A stretch of 64,000 nt of DNA. It comes from Pocillopora damicornis. Lineage: Eukaryota. The stretch is taken from NCBI RefSeq assembly GCF_003704095.1, contig NW_020846475.1:186001-250000 (forward strand), written 5' to 3'. The translations under genes and the position numbers were made by a program. A model generated the notes under the pieces. The model did no database searches. It was not told where the DNA came from and worked only from the letters and a program-made list of their open reading frames with translations. Shown here piece after piece: positions 13,401 to 24,288 of this stretch; position 1 is the first letter of the stretch, and each line of letters begins with the position of its first letter.

Positions 13401-16400
13401 ACTCTTCCAGAAAAATTCAGGGTCTTGCAATTTGGGCATCCATTAGCTTTAGTACTCAATGTGAACCTTTGCCTTAATAGTTCTTACTACCAAGCTTAAT
13501 TTTATTCAGTAATTGTTACATGCAAAGTCTTTGATGGTTAAAATTTCCTATTTAAGATGATTGTCAAATTAATATGGGTCATATAACAAAGGGGTAATTG
13601 AGAATCAACCCAGTGCAAAAAATTACTTATTTGAGCATAAATTTCAATGGCAACATATCTATCAGGTATCATACGCTGTTAAGCAGTTGACATTAATATT
13701 TACCATTAACAGAGCCACACAAGGAAGATGTCCACCTTCAGCTGCAAAAAATAGTGGGGTATTTTTGTCCACATCTACAAGTGAACAGTGAAAAGTGAGA
13801 CTGCAATCAATTTACCAATCAAATATAATTATGCTCCTACTGTATTCAATATATAATAAATGTACAATTACCCTTGTTAAACAAATAAATGAAATTAAAA
13901 TTAAAGTAATACCTCTTATATTCACATCAACATTGTCATTCAGAAGAGTCACCATGGAGTAGTGGTCTCCTAGTTAAAGAAAACATTATGCGTACTATCA
14001 CATTAAATATTTAATACAACAAAAAATATATAAATAAACACATCAAAATAAACATGTGATCTGGATTTCAGCTTTGAATCATTTTGTGAAAATTCTTGAG
14101 CATTGTTAAGATTGTTAGTTTGAGATAAGATTAATAATCTGAGTAGGTCGTTAAGAGAGGTAGGTGACACAAAGTTTGGAAATGAAGAATTTTACCAACC
14201 GTGTTGTTCTAACAGAATTCTGTTTTGTTAAACAGAAGATCTCTTCCTTTCATTCAACCTCATCTAACTGCAATCTTATGGCAACACATTTGTGCAATAT
14301 ATATGGAATAGCATAATTTTTATCAGTGCACTGGGCTAAAAACTGGTTTTGTTAAAAAGACTCATTCTTTACTGTACCTGTCTTGGCAGCCTCAAAAAGA
14401 GCCTCTTTCTTCTTCTCAGGAGACAGACGAGACAACGATGACACAACCACAAATGAGTCTGATCTCACTGAAGACACTGAGTCAACTATGGAAAAATAAA
14501 TCATGTTATTACGATTAATTTTATTTATTAGCAATGTTATCTAAGGGAACTACAAATATACCATTGAATGAGACTCACACACTCAGACAATGTAAAGATG
14601 CAAGATCAAGATCAAGGCAAGTGGCTACAAAAAGTGCCTATGCATTGATTTTACAGCAAACTCTCCAGAAACTTTGGGGTATCAATTGCAATTCAAAAAT
14701 GTGCATCATTAAGACAAGTACAGTTTAAAGAAACTACAATGTATAAGTAAATGATAATCTTTAACCACACCTCTCCCTGTTCTGGCTTCCTCAATAGCTG
14801 AGAGTGCTTTCTGTGTATTCATCTCATCCTCTTTTTGTTTGATAAGACATCTTGTACACACCTACAACAAGTCCATGAAACCTCAGTAAGACCATGCAAT
14901 GTGTTATTATCTGCTTGGTGAAGTAACTGCCAATAAATGCACCCTTTTGAAACTATCAATTTTGCATACCATAAGCAATAATTGGTCTATGATTTAAGTA
15001 ATTAAGTACCATGTAGCATGCCAACTGTGCATTAAAAATTCATTTTGTGCATCTAAATTGAGTGATTTCTTTTTAAGGCGGATTTTTTCATTCCAATAAC
15101 TAATCAGAAATTTCTGCAGGGAACAAATTTTTTTTTTCCTGTTCAGGCAGCAGATTGTAAACTAGTGTGAAAACAATTCTATAAAATAAACCAAGGAATA
15201 ATTTTCAACAAAAGTTACCTTTATACCATTGTTGGCTACCACATGACAAGTAACACATACTGCTGCACAACATGTGCGGCAATGGGACCTTTCAATTCAA
15301 AGAAGAGAATAAAAAAACCCTGTCATTTGATAGAGCATAAATATATCATTTATTTTTCAATAAAACTGCTCAGTATAACAAAATGTACTTGTAATAAAGA
15401 ATCTCTATAGAACTGTACGTGTTGGTAGGAGTTCTCCATAGGGAGCAATTGCAAGTTTGTAAGCATTCTGAAAAAGTACTAACCTTCCCTTCACTAGGTT
15501 GGTTCCCCAAAACTTGTGAAAAACTGATCCACACTTTGAGCAATTCTGTGTGAAAAAAAAATACTTTCAAAACATCAAAACACAGACAATGTTGTTTTCA
15601 AACTGCATAGGACTGGCCTGAGGTTAAAAATTTGAAGGGGGGGATAATGGTCAGTTCGTTTATGTTATTAGTCACAAATCACCATTTAGACTCTAAAGGG
15701 AAAGCACAAGTCCAAGCTTTTCATATCCCAAATTCAAGAACTAGTTGAAAAGCATGTGAAGACACCCTCAGGAAGGAATCGATATGATATTAAATTCATG
15801 CTTTCTAAAACTGCTTGCGTTGTGTGTTTCACATGGCAAAATTTCATATGTGTATGAAATTTTCATACAAGACAAATTTGAAACCCAAAGCAGGACTGTG
15901 CCTAGATTTAGTTACTGCATACAGGCAAATATAAATGAAGTCAATTTAATTTACCAAAAGTTACTGAGAATATCTGCACCTACTTTACCAGAAATATAAA
16001 ACAGAGTTTGCATTGAGGATAGGATCCAGAAGAAGGATGTCAATCACTGAGAAGACTTCCCATAAATCATCACAAAATGTACGTTGAGAAGTTATTTGGT
16101 GCTGTCCTTGTGGGCATTGGTGTGGTTTATGGAATAATTATTTAATGAATTTGTAAAGGCAAGCAAAGTTGGCAGAAAAAACACAATGTAATCTCTCATA
16201 CACATTCAGTCCATATATTCCTTTCTAATAATGACCACAATAATCTCCATATCAGGAACAATCTGGCAATTCAAGGTTGTTGAATGTGTTCTTTACCCCT
16301 TAACTCCTAAGATCTAATTGTTAATTCTCCCCTGTAGCTGTTGCACATTTCCCTGTAAATTAGTTATGAGAACTTGGTGCTAGATCAAGATAGCATTTTA

Positions 16401-17885
16401 TACCTGATAAGTTTGAATATTCTCATAACCTGTTTGCTGAATAAGGTAAGGATGTTATAAGGAGAAGTTTCATGTTAATCACTTCTGGAAGTTAAAGGGT
16501 CAACAGATGGCCTCAAAATTATTCATTAAAAAAAAAACTTGGCAAACAAAAAAAAAAAATACAGCATAGGAAACAGCACCCCAAATATTCTATCAGTAGT
16601 GCTCCAAAATATATGTAAATATTATAAATACCAACATAATCTGTAACTGAGACAATTAAGTTTAAATGAATTTTTACAATTGTCACTGATGGTTACCTTG
16701 CATTCGCAGGATTTGTAAGACTTTTTACAGTCACTGCATTTCCTTAAACCAGGATCATTACCTGATAGACAAAACAACAAATTATTTGTCAAAAAATAGG
16801 CAAAGTTATTTGGCAAAGTGTAAGATTTAGTCTCCCTCACAGCAGCTATTGTTCTTTAATATAAAAAAGCAACCATTGTTGTCAGAGTTGCTGCAATAAC
16901 CCCCAGCTTCCAAGCAGAGTCTGGGTACCAAATCTTGTCCATAAAACCATTTCCAACATGTACAAGTACATGAATCTTTTGACTACATGTAGTTTCTTTC
17001 TGATTATAAAATTGTTGGCATTTCAACCAAAGAAATGCACACTGTTCACAGAACGCATAAAAACTGGCCAACACCGTTTAAAAAATACCTGTAACTCGCT
17101 TCTTAGGATAAACCACTCTCTTGTAAACCCCCACCCCTCCCTCCTCACAATTAAGTCTTGAGCGTTTTTGGGTTTATGACCTGAATCACGAGTCCGTAGT
17201 CGTTTTCCTTTCACCCACCTCATCCTTCTGTTCTTCTGTGTTAATAGTTCACAGAGACTTGTTTAAAAAAATAAGTAATGCAGGTGGTTAATCGATACAA
17301 AAGAAAAGCGTAACAAATACTCCAACCGTGAAACAGTGAACAATATTATCAGATGTTGGCCAGATGTTGGCTCGGGTTCACCGAAAAATGATGCGCATGC
17401 TGCTGCCTATCGAGCACTTCTCAAAGTTTTTTTTTTTTTTTCAGAAATGCTGCCTATCGAGCATTAAAACTATAAAACATGACTTATTTGGTGTTGTTAG
17501 CTGATACTTTAACATTAAAACGGCAAGCTATGATCGCACCCTAAATACACAATGTTTCATAAGTGAGCTAAACATTGCTAATATTGTAAACACACATGCA
17601 CCAAAGAAGAAGAGTCAATAAAACTGCTATGTATAGCTGCATAACCCTAAGGGAAGTAAAAAAAAATTCAGTTTACCCAGGGAATCGATCACCTAGAGAA
17701 CGGCAAATTATAAAACCTGAGAGGATGTTGCATCGTTGTTATCGACACAGAAGTAGTCATATGACTAATTCACTAAAATATGAACTGTGCCCCACGACAA
17801 AATAAAAAAAAACGGCATTAACAAAAATGCTGGCAAAAAAAATTAACATACCTTCGCTTGAAGTCGAGCTGCAAGAGCTTTCCAT
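7486..17885 (-). CDS. Multi-exon protein: N-terminal FYVE-like Cys finger, ankyrin repeats, coiled coil, C-terminal FYVE domain
   Basis: Phase-consistent exons at about 17852-17885 (MESSCSSTSSE), 16697-16761, 15955-15979, 15419-15467, 15219-15288 (SHCRTCCAAVCVTC), 14771-14861 and 14378-14486. Ankyrin exons at about 13913-13969, 13704-13774 (KNTPLFFAAEGGHLPCVALLM), 13189-13221, 12904-12935 (SWTPLHALA), 12588-12636 and 12314-12422. Linker and coiled-coil exons at 11.8-9.1 kb. FYVE exons at about 8696-8785 (TWVPDE), 8555-8602, 7944-8014 (RRRHHCRCCGRVFCYNC) and 7486-7591 (VRVCNPCF...TDT*). The 5' and linker exons are less certain. Confidence 0.85.
8452..8514. mobile_element. Very short TIR element (CAATTCTCGTCCCC...GGGAACGAGAATG)
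   Basis: Imperfect terminal inverted repeats about 60 bp apart in an intron. Confidence 0.45.
16293..16503. mobile_element. piggyBac-type MITE, second family, degenerate TTAA TSDs
   Basis: ttacCCCTTAACTCC...GGAAGTTAAAGGGtcaa inverted termini, ~210 bp. Confidence 0.7.
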
Positions 17886-19776
17886 CGCTTTCTTCAGCTT
17901 TAACGTTTCTCTAATGCGTCAAAATTCTAGTTTAGCACAGACACTCGCGACAAAAACAAAGTTCGCAGATCACCGTTAGTGCTTAGCAACCAGGCCTGAC
18001 AGTCACGCGAAAAATTGAGGTGTCTGGTTGCCTTTGTAGAGGGTCCCCACTATTTTATACTAGTTATAGTTCTCACTAGAGCTGCCCCCGCCCTACAGTA
18101 CCATTTTCTTTTTTTTTTTTTTTTGAGTTGGGCTTGTTGTTTACAGTTGTGTGATTTTTCTGTTATGCTGTTACGGAATTGCGGCTCAGTACTTTGGTGT
18201 TAGTAATTTTGCATCTCAAAATACTACAAGTGTACAAAATGTAGTTTTGCGAAGTGCTTGGGGTTTTTTTTTTTTTTGCTGTGTGGTTTAACTTAGGATT
18301 TGTTTGTTCTTCACGATCAAGAAGAAGCAGAATGTAGGGACTTGGGTGAGTTTTAACATTGGAATGTTATGGGTGGCATTGGAGAACAATTTATAGACAG
18401 CATTGAAGAACAATTTATTATTATATAGTTATTAGACACAAAATTATACCTTAAGAGGGCCTACATTCTCTCTTCTCCAGTCTTCCTCTATACTAGGACA
18501 AATCTCGTGTCAAAGACGCCGATCCTAAAAGTCCTCGCGCGCGTGTCTTTTTACTGGCAGCCCATGACCATTTGCGGGAAAAACGTTGATACCTTGCGGC
18601 CGTGCAAGCGATCAAATCGAGATTTTTTTCTGGTTATGATCTACCGAAAATACCCACATTCTCTCTTCTCCAGTCTTCCTCTATATTACGCGGGGAGTCC
18701 TCTGGGGCCAAAAACCCTGCGGGGGCAAAAAGTGGTCGACGCTATTTGTTTTCTTGTGAAACAAAACCAAACCTTTCAAGAAAGTAAAGCTTGAGAGGAG
18801 GTCACCTATATTTGAAGATCACCTGGAAGAGTGGCCAACTATTCAAAAACGAGAATATTTTAAGTACATAATTGGGAAAAATGATTGGCAATGTTAGTAG
18901 CTGTGCTCCTTTTGTTTGCTCTGCTCAGTCGACAAGGGGTAAACCAACTCCTTTCGTTCCACAGAAAATTTTTGGGCCTTTCCCGCTGATGCAGCGTTAC
19001 ATATCACTGTATAGAGGAGAGAGGGTACCTGCTGATCAAATCATGCATCTGACCGAGGGCATAGTTCGGTGGGGTCCTGAGGCGCCCGTGACTCCCCTTC
19101 TGTAAGCCTTTTTTGTTCCATAAGTAAAACGCGGCGTGGAGGTCGACATTGAAATCTGGTGAGTACCCTCTGTTTGACACAGTGTAGCCCCTCTTTGGAA
19201 AATCTTGGCTACGCCCCTGCCGGGAATGCACATATCACTGTTTGTGGGAGAGAGGAAACCTGCTGATCAAAGCATGCATCGGGAATTGGGGGGGAGGGGG
19301 GGTGCATAAGCGTGAAAGGATGGATTCTTTGACTTCAAGTATACTAGTTTTATTGTCACCGTGCGGCAGATTATTCACATCTAAATTTTAATTACAGCCA
19401 TTTGCATGTTGGTACATGAAGCTAGTTTACAGGTAAAGCTTTTTTTCATACGCCCGTAGGCGTCACTTATTGAGAAAACAACTTCTCTCCCTTACTAATT
19501 TGATAATCTAGGCTAAGTGGTCATCCTTCCCTTTTAACTGCGGGGGAACACATTAAAACTTTCTATAATCTTAAAATGAAGATTCTTTCCAATTTTTTTA
19601 ATTTATCAGTTTTTTTTTTTTATTTTACCATCAAGTAAAAACGTCAGGTCATTAGAGAACGGTCATCCTAAGAGAATTTTTCTTACTTTCCGCGCGTGGT
19701 TTTCATACCTGATCTACCCATTTAGATTTTGTCACTCTTCGGCTCTTAAGTGTACCAAAATCTTTGTGAAATGCTT

Positions 19777-20769
19777 CTATTTGTGTATAACCCGCGTAAT
19801 TGAGAAGGCTGCCTGATTATTTCTCGAGTTAGAGTTTGCAGGATTCCCCGCCTCTTGTCTTCTGACAAGACTGGCATGGACACAGCATGAAACGGCCATC
19901 CCCTCTCGAAACTCTGGAAGTTTCAGTGCATAGACAATTGCATTAATAAACGAGTTACAATAATTTAAAAAGACCGAAAATACATAATATCTCCACGATA
20001 TTTCAACATTAAGTAAATGTAAGTCGCTCACGACAATTAAAGGGAGCCAACAGATTAATGTGGTGATAGAAACAAGCAGCAGAGTCTTTGTCAAACGCAC
20101 ATTTTGTGCGTCTCTGTTTTGTTGTTGCGTAGCGACGCTTCCTTGACGAAACTTTAACCAAATGGCGACGTAACAAGCCACTATGATAAAAGATGAGACC
20201 ACTCCCATCGATATCCAAAAGTAGATGTAGAACTTTCCTGAATAAAAGAGAGAACATCCTGAGTGAAGAAATGCTAATGCCCAAATGAAAAAAATAACAA
20301 TTTGGTAGTGTCGCGCCGTCAGAGATCGGTGCTTAAATGGTCGATAGATGGCGTAAAATCTCTCATAGGATATGCAAGTCACTGATAATAACGAAGCCGC
20401 CGAAAAAATACGATCAGCCACGAGGTAAAAATAAAAAATGGGCAAGTCTGAATTTCCCATTGTCCAAAGCTGATAGAAGTACACGCCGAGTTCGAAGTAA
20501 ATGAAGAATGGAACCGATAGAACTCCGTACATGAAATCAGCAAACGCCATATTAATGACAAGATATAAACTTTTTTTGCCAAGTCTCTTGTTAACAGTAA
20601 AGAGAACAATGGTGGCGAGGTTTCCAACGACGACCAAAACACAGATCAGCGCAAAAGCGCTGCACATTGCAATGCCTTCAGTACTAGAGGGTGAACTGCC
20701 ATTCGCTGAACTCGATTCATTCACTTTGCTGATGTTTGCCACCATAGCGTTCCCCGTTATGTTCCTCAT
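19777..20769 (-). CDS. Intronless rhodopsin-class (class A) GPCR, cluster member 1
   Basis: Seven hydrophobic segments; GN (TM1), NMAFAD (TM2), YERF (TM3), CWLP (TM6), NAIVY (TM7); N-glycosylation sites in the N-terminus; first ATG at 20769. Confidence 0.92.
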   Translation of the reverse strand: MRNITGNAMVANISKVNESSSANGSSPSSTEGIAMCSAFALICVLVVVGNLATIVLFTVNKRLGKKSLYLVINMAFADFMYGVLSVPFFIYFELGVYFYQLWTMGNSDLPIFYFYLVADRIFSAASLLSVTCISYERFYAIYRPFKHRSLTARHYQIVIFFIWALAFLHSGCSLFYSGKFYIYFWISMGVVSSFIIVACYVAIWLKFRQGSVATQQQNRDAQNVRLTKTLLLVSITTLICWLPLIVVSDLHLLNVEISWRYYVFSVFLNYCNSFINAIVYALKLPEFREGMAVSCCVHASLVRRQEAGNPANSNSRNNQAAFSITRVIHK

Positions 20770-21384
20770 TTGGTTTTCACTCTCCTCGCTAAAATAACAA
20801 CAAGTGCCATATGAGCGGTAGTTACGTTTTATTTTCTCGTGTAGTGACTCACTAGCCAATCGTATATTGAGTAATTACCCGTCTCCCAGCCTTAAAATGG
20901 AGTGCGAAATAAACTTTTCGTCGCATCTGTTAATTCCATGCCCATTAAAGCTGTCCTCGATTTCAACCCTTAGCTTATCAAAGAAGATTCTTGTCCATTG
21001 CCTTTAATTCGGCAAAATTTTGTCTCTGATGACGTATCTCATTGAAGTATTTGTCATTTTTTAATTATTTTTGACTGAACTGTGAGAAGCTCTATCCGCC
21101 AGGGATTTGTAGACGAGGAAATGAAAACGCCATATATTGTTCATTATCACCCAAAGGGTGTTTCGGGGTAATTGAAATTTCCTCTCTGCTTTGTTCCGCA
21201 GCAAACAACTAATTATTTTTCATACAAAAACCAAACGTTAAATAAATCTGTCTTCCATGAAATAATTTGACTTTGAAAACACTAATGGGTTGGACTTTTG
21301 CTAATGATGAATATTTCATTGGACCTGCCTAATCACCGAGGAGTTAGAAGCTCACTTTAGACACACAGACTCTCCTTCGATCTG

Positions 21385-21720
21385 TTAGGCCATCCCAATA
21401 AAAAATTTCGTTTCCCATTGCCCGACCGACCATTCTTCAGTGGAAAACTAAAAAAAATTAATGCTGAATACACCGTTTTACCAACAAGATTTCGGCTGAA
21501 TACACCGTTTTACCAACAAGATTTCGGTTGTTAACCAAAATCACATTCTATTTAAAAGCAGATTTTCAAGGTTTCTTTGAAAACGCTTGGGTCAGGAGAG
21601 AAGATGCGCACATCCATCCTTTTCCAAAACTGAGGCTCCATTTGTCTTTTCATACCTGACCGACCAAATTTTAGAGAGGGAAGGCGATGGGGAACGAAAA
21701 CTAACTTGAGGATGACCCAA
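21385..21720. mobile_element. TIR MITE (possibly PIF/Harbinger-like) with an internal 32-bp tandem duplication
   Basis: Left end ttaggccatccc..tttcgtttcccattgccc matches the reverse complement of the right end (ttgggtcatcct..tttcgttccccatcgcct); gctgaatacaccgttttaccaacaagatttcg occurs twice at 21463-21526. Confidence 0.6.
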
Positions 21721-23451
21721 GGACTGAAAAATATATATGTTCGCACGATAAAGAAATCAAAGTGGTTAACTCAACACTGTGTTTATTCTTCATGTTAGTT
21801 ATTCAACTAAAACGTACTTGGTGAGCAGGAATGTAAATGTCCCTCTCTATTTCCAACATTAGTTCGTCCAAACGAGGTATTCTCTTCTCCACTATGAAGT
21901 GCCCCAATATGTTTTTTCTCTTCCCCAGCTGTGTTTTCAAGTATTAAGCGCTTTTTTTTCGCATCTCAAAAAGCAAGGCACATTTGTTTATCAGGATTAA
22001 AAGCTCATTTATTATTCATAAATAATTTGCGGTCAAATTTAGGTGGCGGAACACAGTTTTACATATTCGAGTAGAGAAGCCAACAAATGTTTCCACTCGA
22101 CTCCTATCGGTTTTCTGTTACTCTCGGGATAGCAAGTTGACAAATTTTATCTTTTCCTAATGTTCTACTAACAACACCGTTTACACTGATTTGAACAATT
22201 CCACATCTACCATCATTACTATTCGTCTTCATGTGTATAAGTTGTATTTCATGTAGACAAAATTCAGGAAAATTCTGTGAAGCCATTTCCAAGAGAAAAA
22301 ACTCGAATTAGCGTCTACGAAATATTATTGAAGAAACACGTCCGACTACATAGGGGGAAAGTTGGTCTTTGAGAGCTATGAATAAAGCTGATCAGAGATT
22401 TAGTTATTTCCGGTAAAAATAAAATCTTGTGATTGCAAGCTGAGAAGAGTATACTTGTCGGTCCAGCAGCTGGTGTCTTTCCGACCATTCTAGAGCAATC
22501 GAGGTTCTTAAGACTCCTAGCTGAGTTCACAATTTGAAAAATTACCGAGAATTGCAACTCTCAGCGGACATCACTTCCCTTCTGAATCCTCCTGATTCAG
22601 TTCCTCTGGTACCCGATGATGACATTAAAATTAAGTGAAATCGCGCTAATTGTTATAGTGTACTTTCGCCAAAGATAACATTTGAACACGATCAGCATTT
22701 TCCCCCTTTTTTCCCCTTAGGGACATTTGAAATTAAGTCGGTGTTTACGTTTGTTAGGAACTGTGAAATTGAGAACCATGCAATGACGTCAAGAAAAAAT
22801 TCAGAATTTTATCTATTAAGTGGGTTTATTGAGGTTATACCCCATCGAAAGTTCGCACTCCTACCAACTTTGCAAGTTCGCCCCTTGAAGTAAACACGTC
22901 AGCCCCTGCTTTTACCAGTTCTCGCCAGAATCTTTCAACTTGTTTCCTTAGGGCAGAACATATTTACTTCTTATCGAAATCGTAATATATTTCGAGAAAC
23001 ATGTGCATTCTTTTCTAAGGCAAACTTCTGACCACGAAAGCGCGAAGTCGCTTTGAAACGCTAGGCCCTACGACACACGAGTGTGACACGACTAAAACAA
23101 TAAATACGATAGCCATTGCTTTAGAATAGGTTTTGACTTCTAAAGAAGCCTTTTAGTTGACAAAGAGGTTTAGAGGTTTACGTTTGGCGTTTTAACCTCA
23201 GACTTCAGACCCCTTGGCGTATTAACCTCAGACTTCAAATTGCTGTTAGCGCTTTGAAGTTTCGAGATTTTCAGCCTTTTAGATCGATGGGGGTTTCACT
23301 TGAAAAAAAAAAAAATCCGTGAAAACAACTTGTGCGCCACCATCTTGAATTACACACAGGATGGAGGTCCATTATTTGAAACGAAGTGTGGCTAAAATTT
23401 TGGATTTTAGCGTCCCTAACTGCTCGGCTAAAAAAAAAGAGGGAAATTAAG

Positions 23452-23535
23452 CGTTATCAACTGAGTTGATAACGTAAATTGGCCACCGTAAAGAGATTCA
23501 AAGCTGGCGTTCCAAGCGTTAGCCCTGTCATAGCT
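23452..23535 (-). mobile_element. Degenerate hammerhead-type (Penelope/retrozyme-associated) repeat fragment
   Basis: Reverse complement reads gctatgacagggctaacgcttggaacgccagct..tttacggtggccaatttacgttatcaactcagttgataa, a decayed CTGAnGA..GAAAC-type core; related copy at about 56400-56540. Confidence 0.5.
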
Positions 23536-24288
23536 ACAAACATTAACATAAAAATAAAAGACCTCATCTCACATACATTTACATGACATACGTGAGAACT
23601 TTCGAACAGGATGAAGAAAAACGCCGAGGCAGTTGACCTACCTGAAATTACATCCGAAGTTCAAACGAACTTGGACTACAAACTAGTACGGCGAACGTGA
23701 CCGCTGGGGTCTGGTTATGTGATCATAATTCCTAGAGGTTCACTATCACATCTCTTCAGAAACAAACTTGAATCTAAAACTCTGATCTTGTTCTAACAGT
23801 CTTAACATCAGTATTTTAAATCCTGAAATTTGCTGCAAACAGGAGCATAAATGGTGTCAAATCAGTCAGATAACGACCGGAACAATGTAGCAGCGAGGTA
23901 CCCTCAAGTGCCCTTGACATGATAAACCTTCGTTTGTGAGTTCAGTTTTTACAGTTCCGTTTTTACAAAAACACACTGAGCAAAGAAGGAAAAGGAAACC
24001 AAGATGAAAATAAAGGATTCAGTCCATTTTCTTTCATTTCACTTAGGGTTCAAGGACTGCAGGAACCTAGGACTAGGTTCCTAATATGTGTAAATAGCCA
24101 AGACCAGGGTAATGTTGGAAAATAACCATAACTGACAAAAAACCTGGGAACGACTCTAAAATATCATCCGCGCGCATTTCGTCACAATCTCCTACTGTGA
24201 CGTTCAACCTTTGAATTATTTCGCTGTCTTTTGCGGAACGTAGATGTCGACAGTTTGAAGCACAAAGAAAACAAGTTGTGTTTCTACG

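Noticed and set aside
16200-16263. Possible extra exon (IVPDMEII..) with an in-frame TGA, raising a selenocysteine idea
   Set aside because: The gene model closes in phase without it and no SECIS element was recognised
17979-17990. RFX X-box-like site upstream of the ANK-FYVE gene
   Set aside because: Only one good half-site (tagcaac), which is expected by chance
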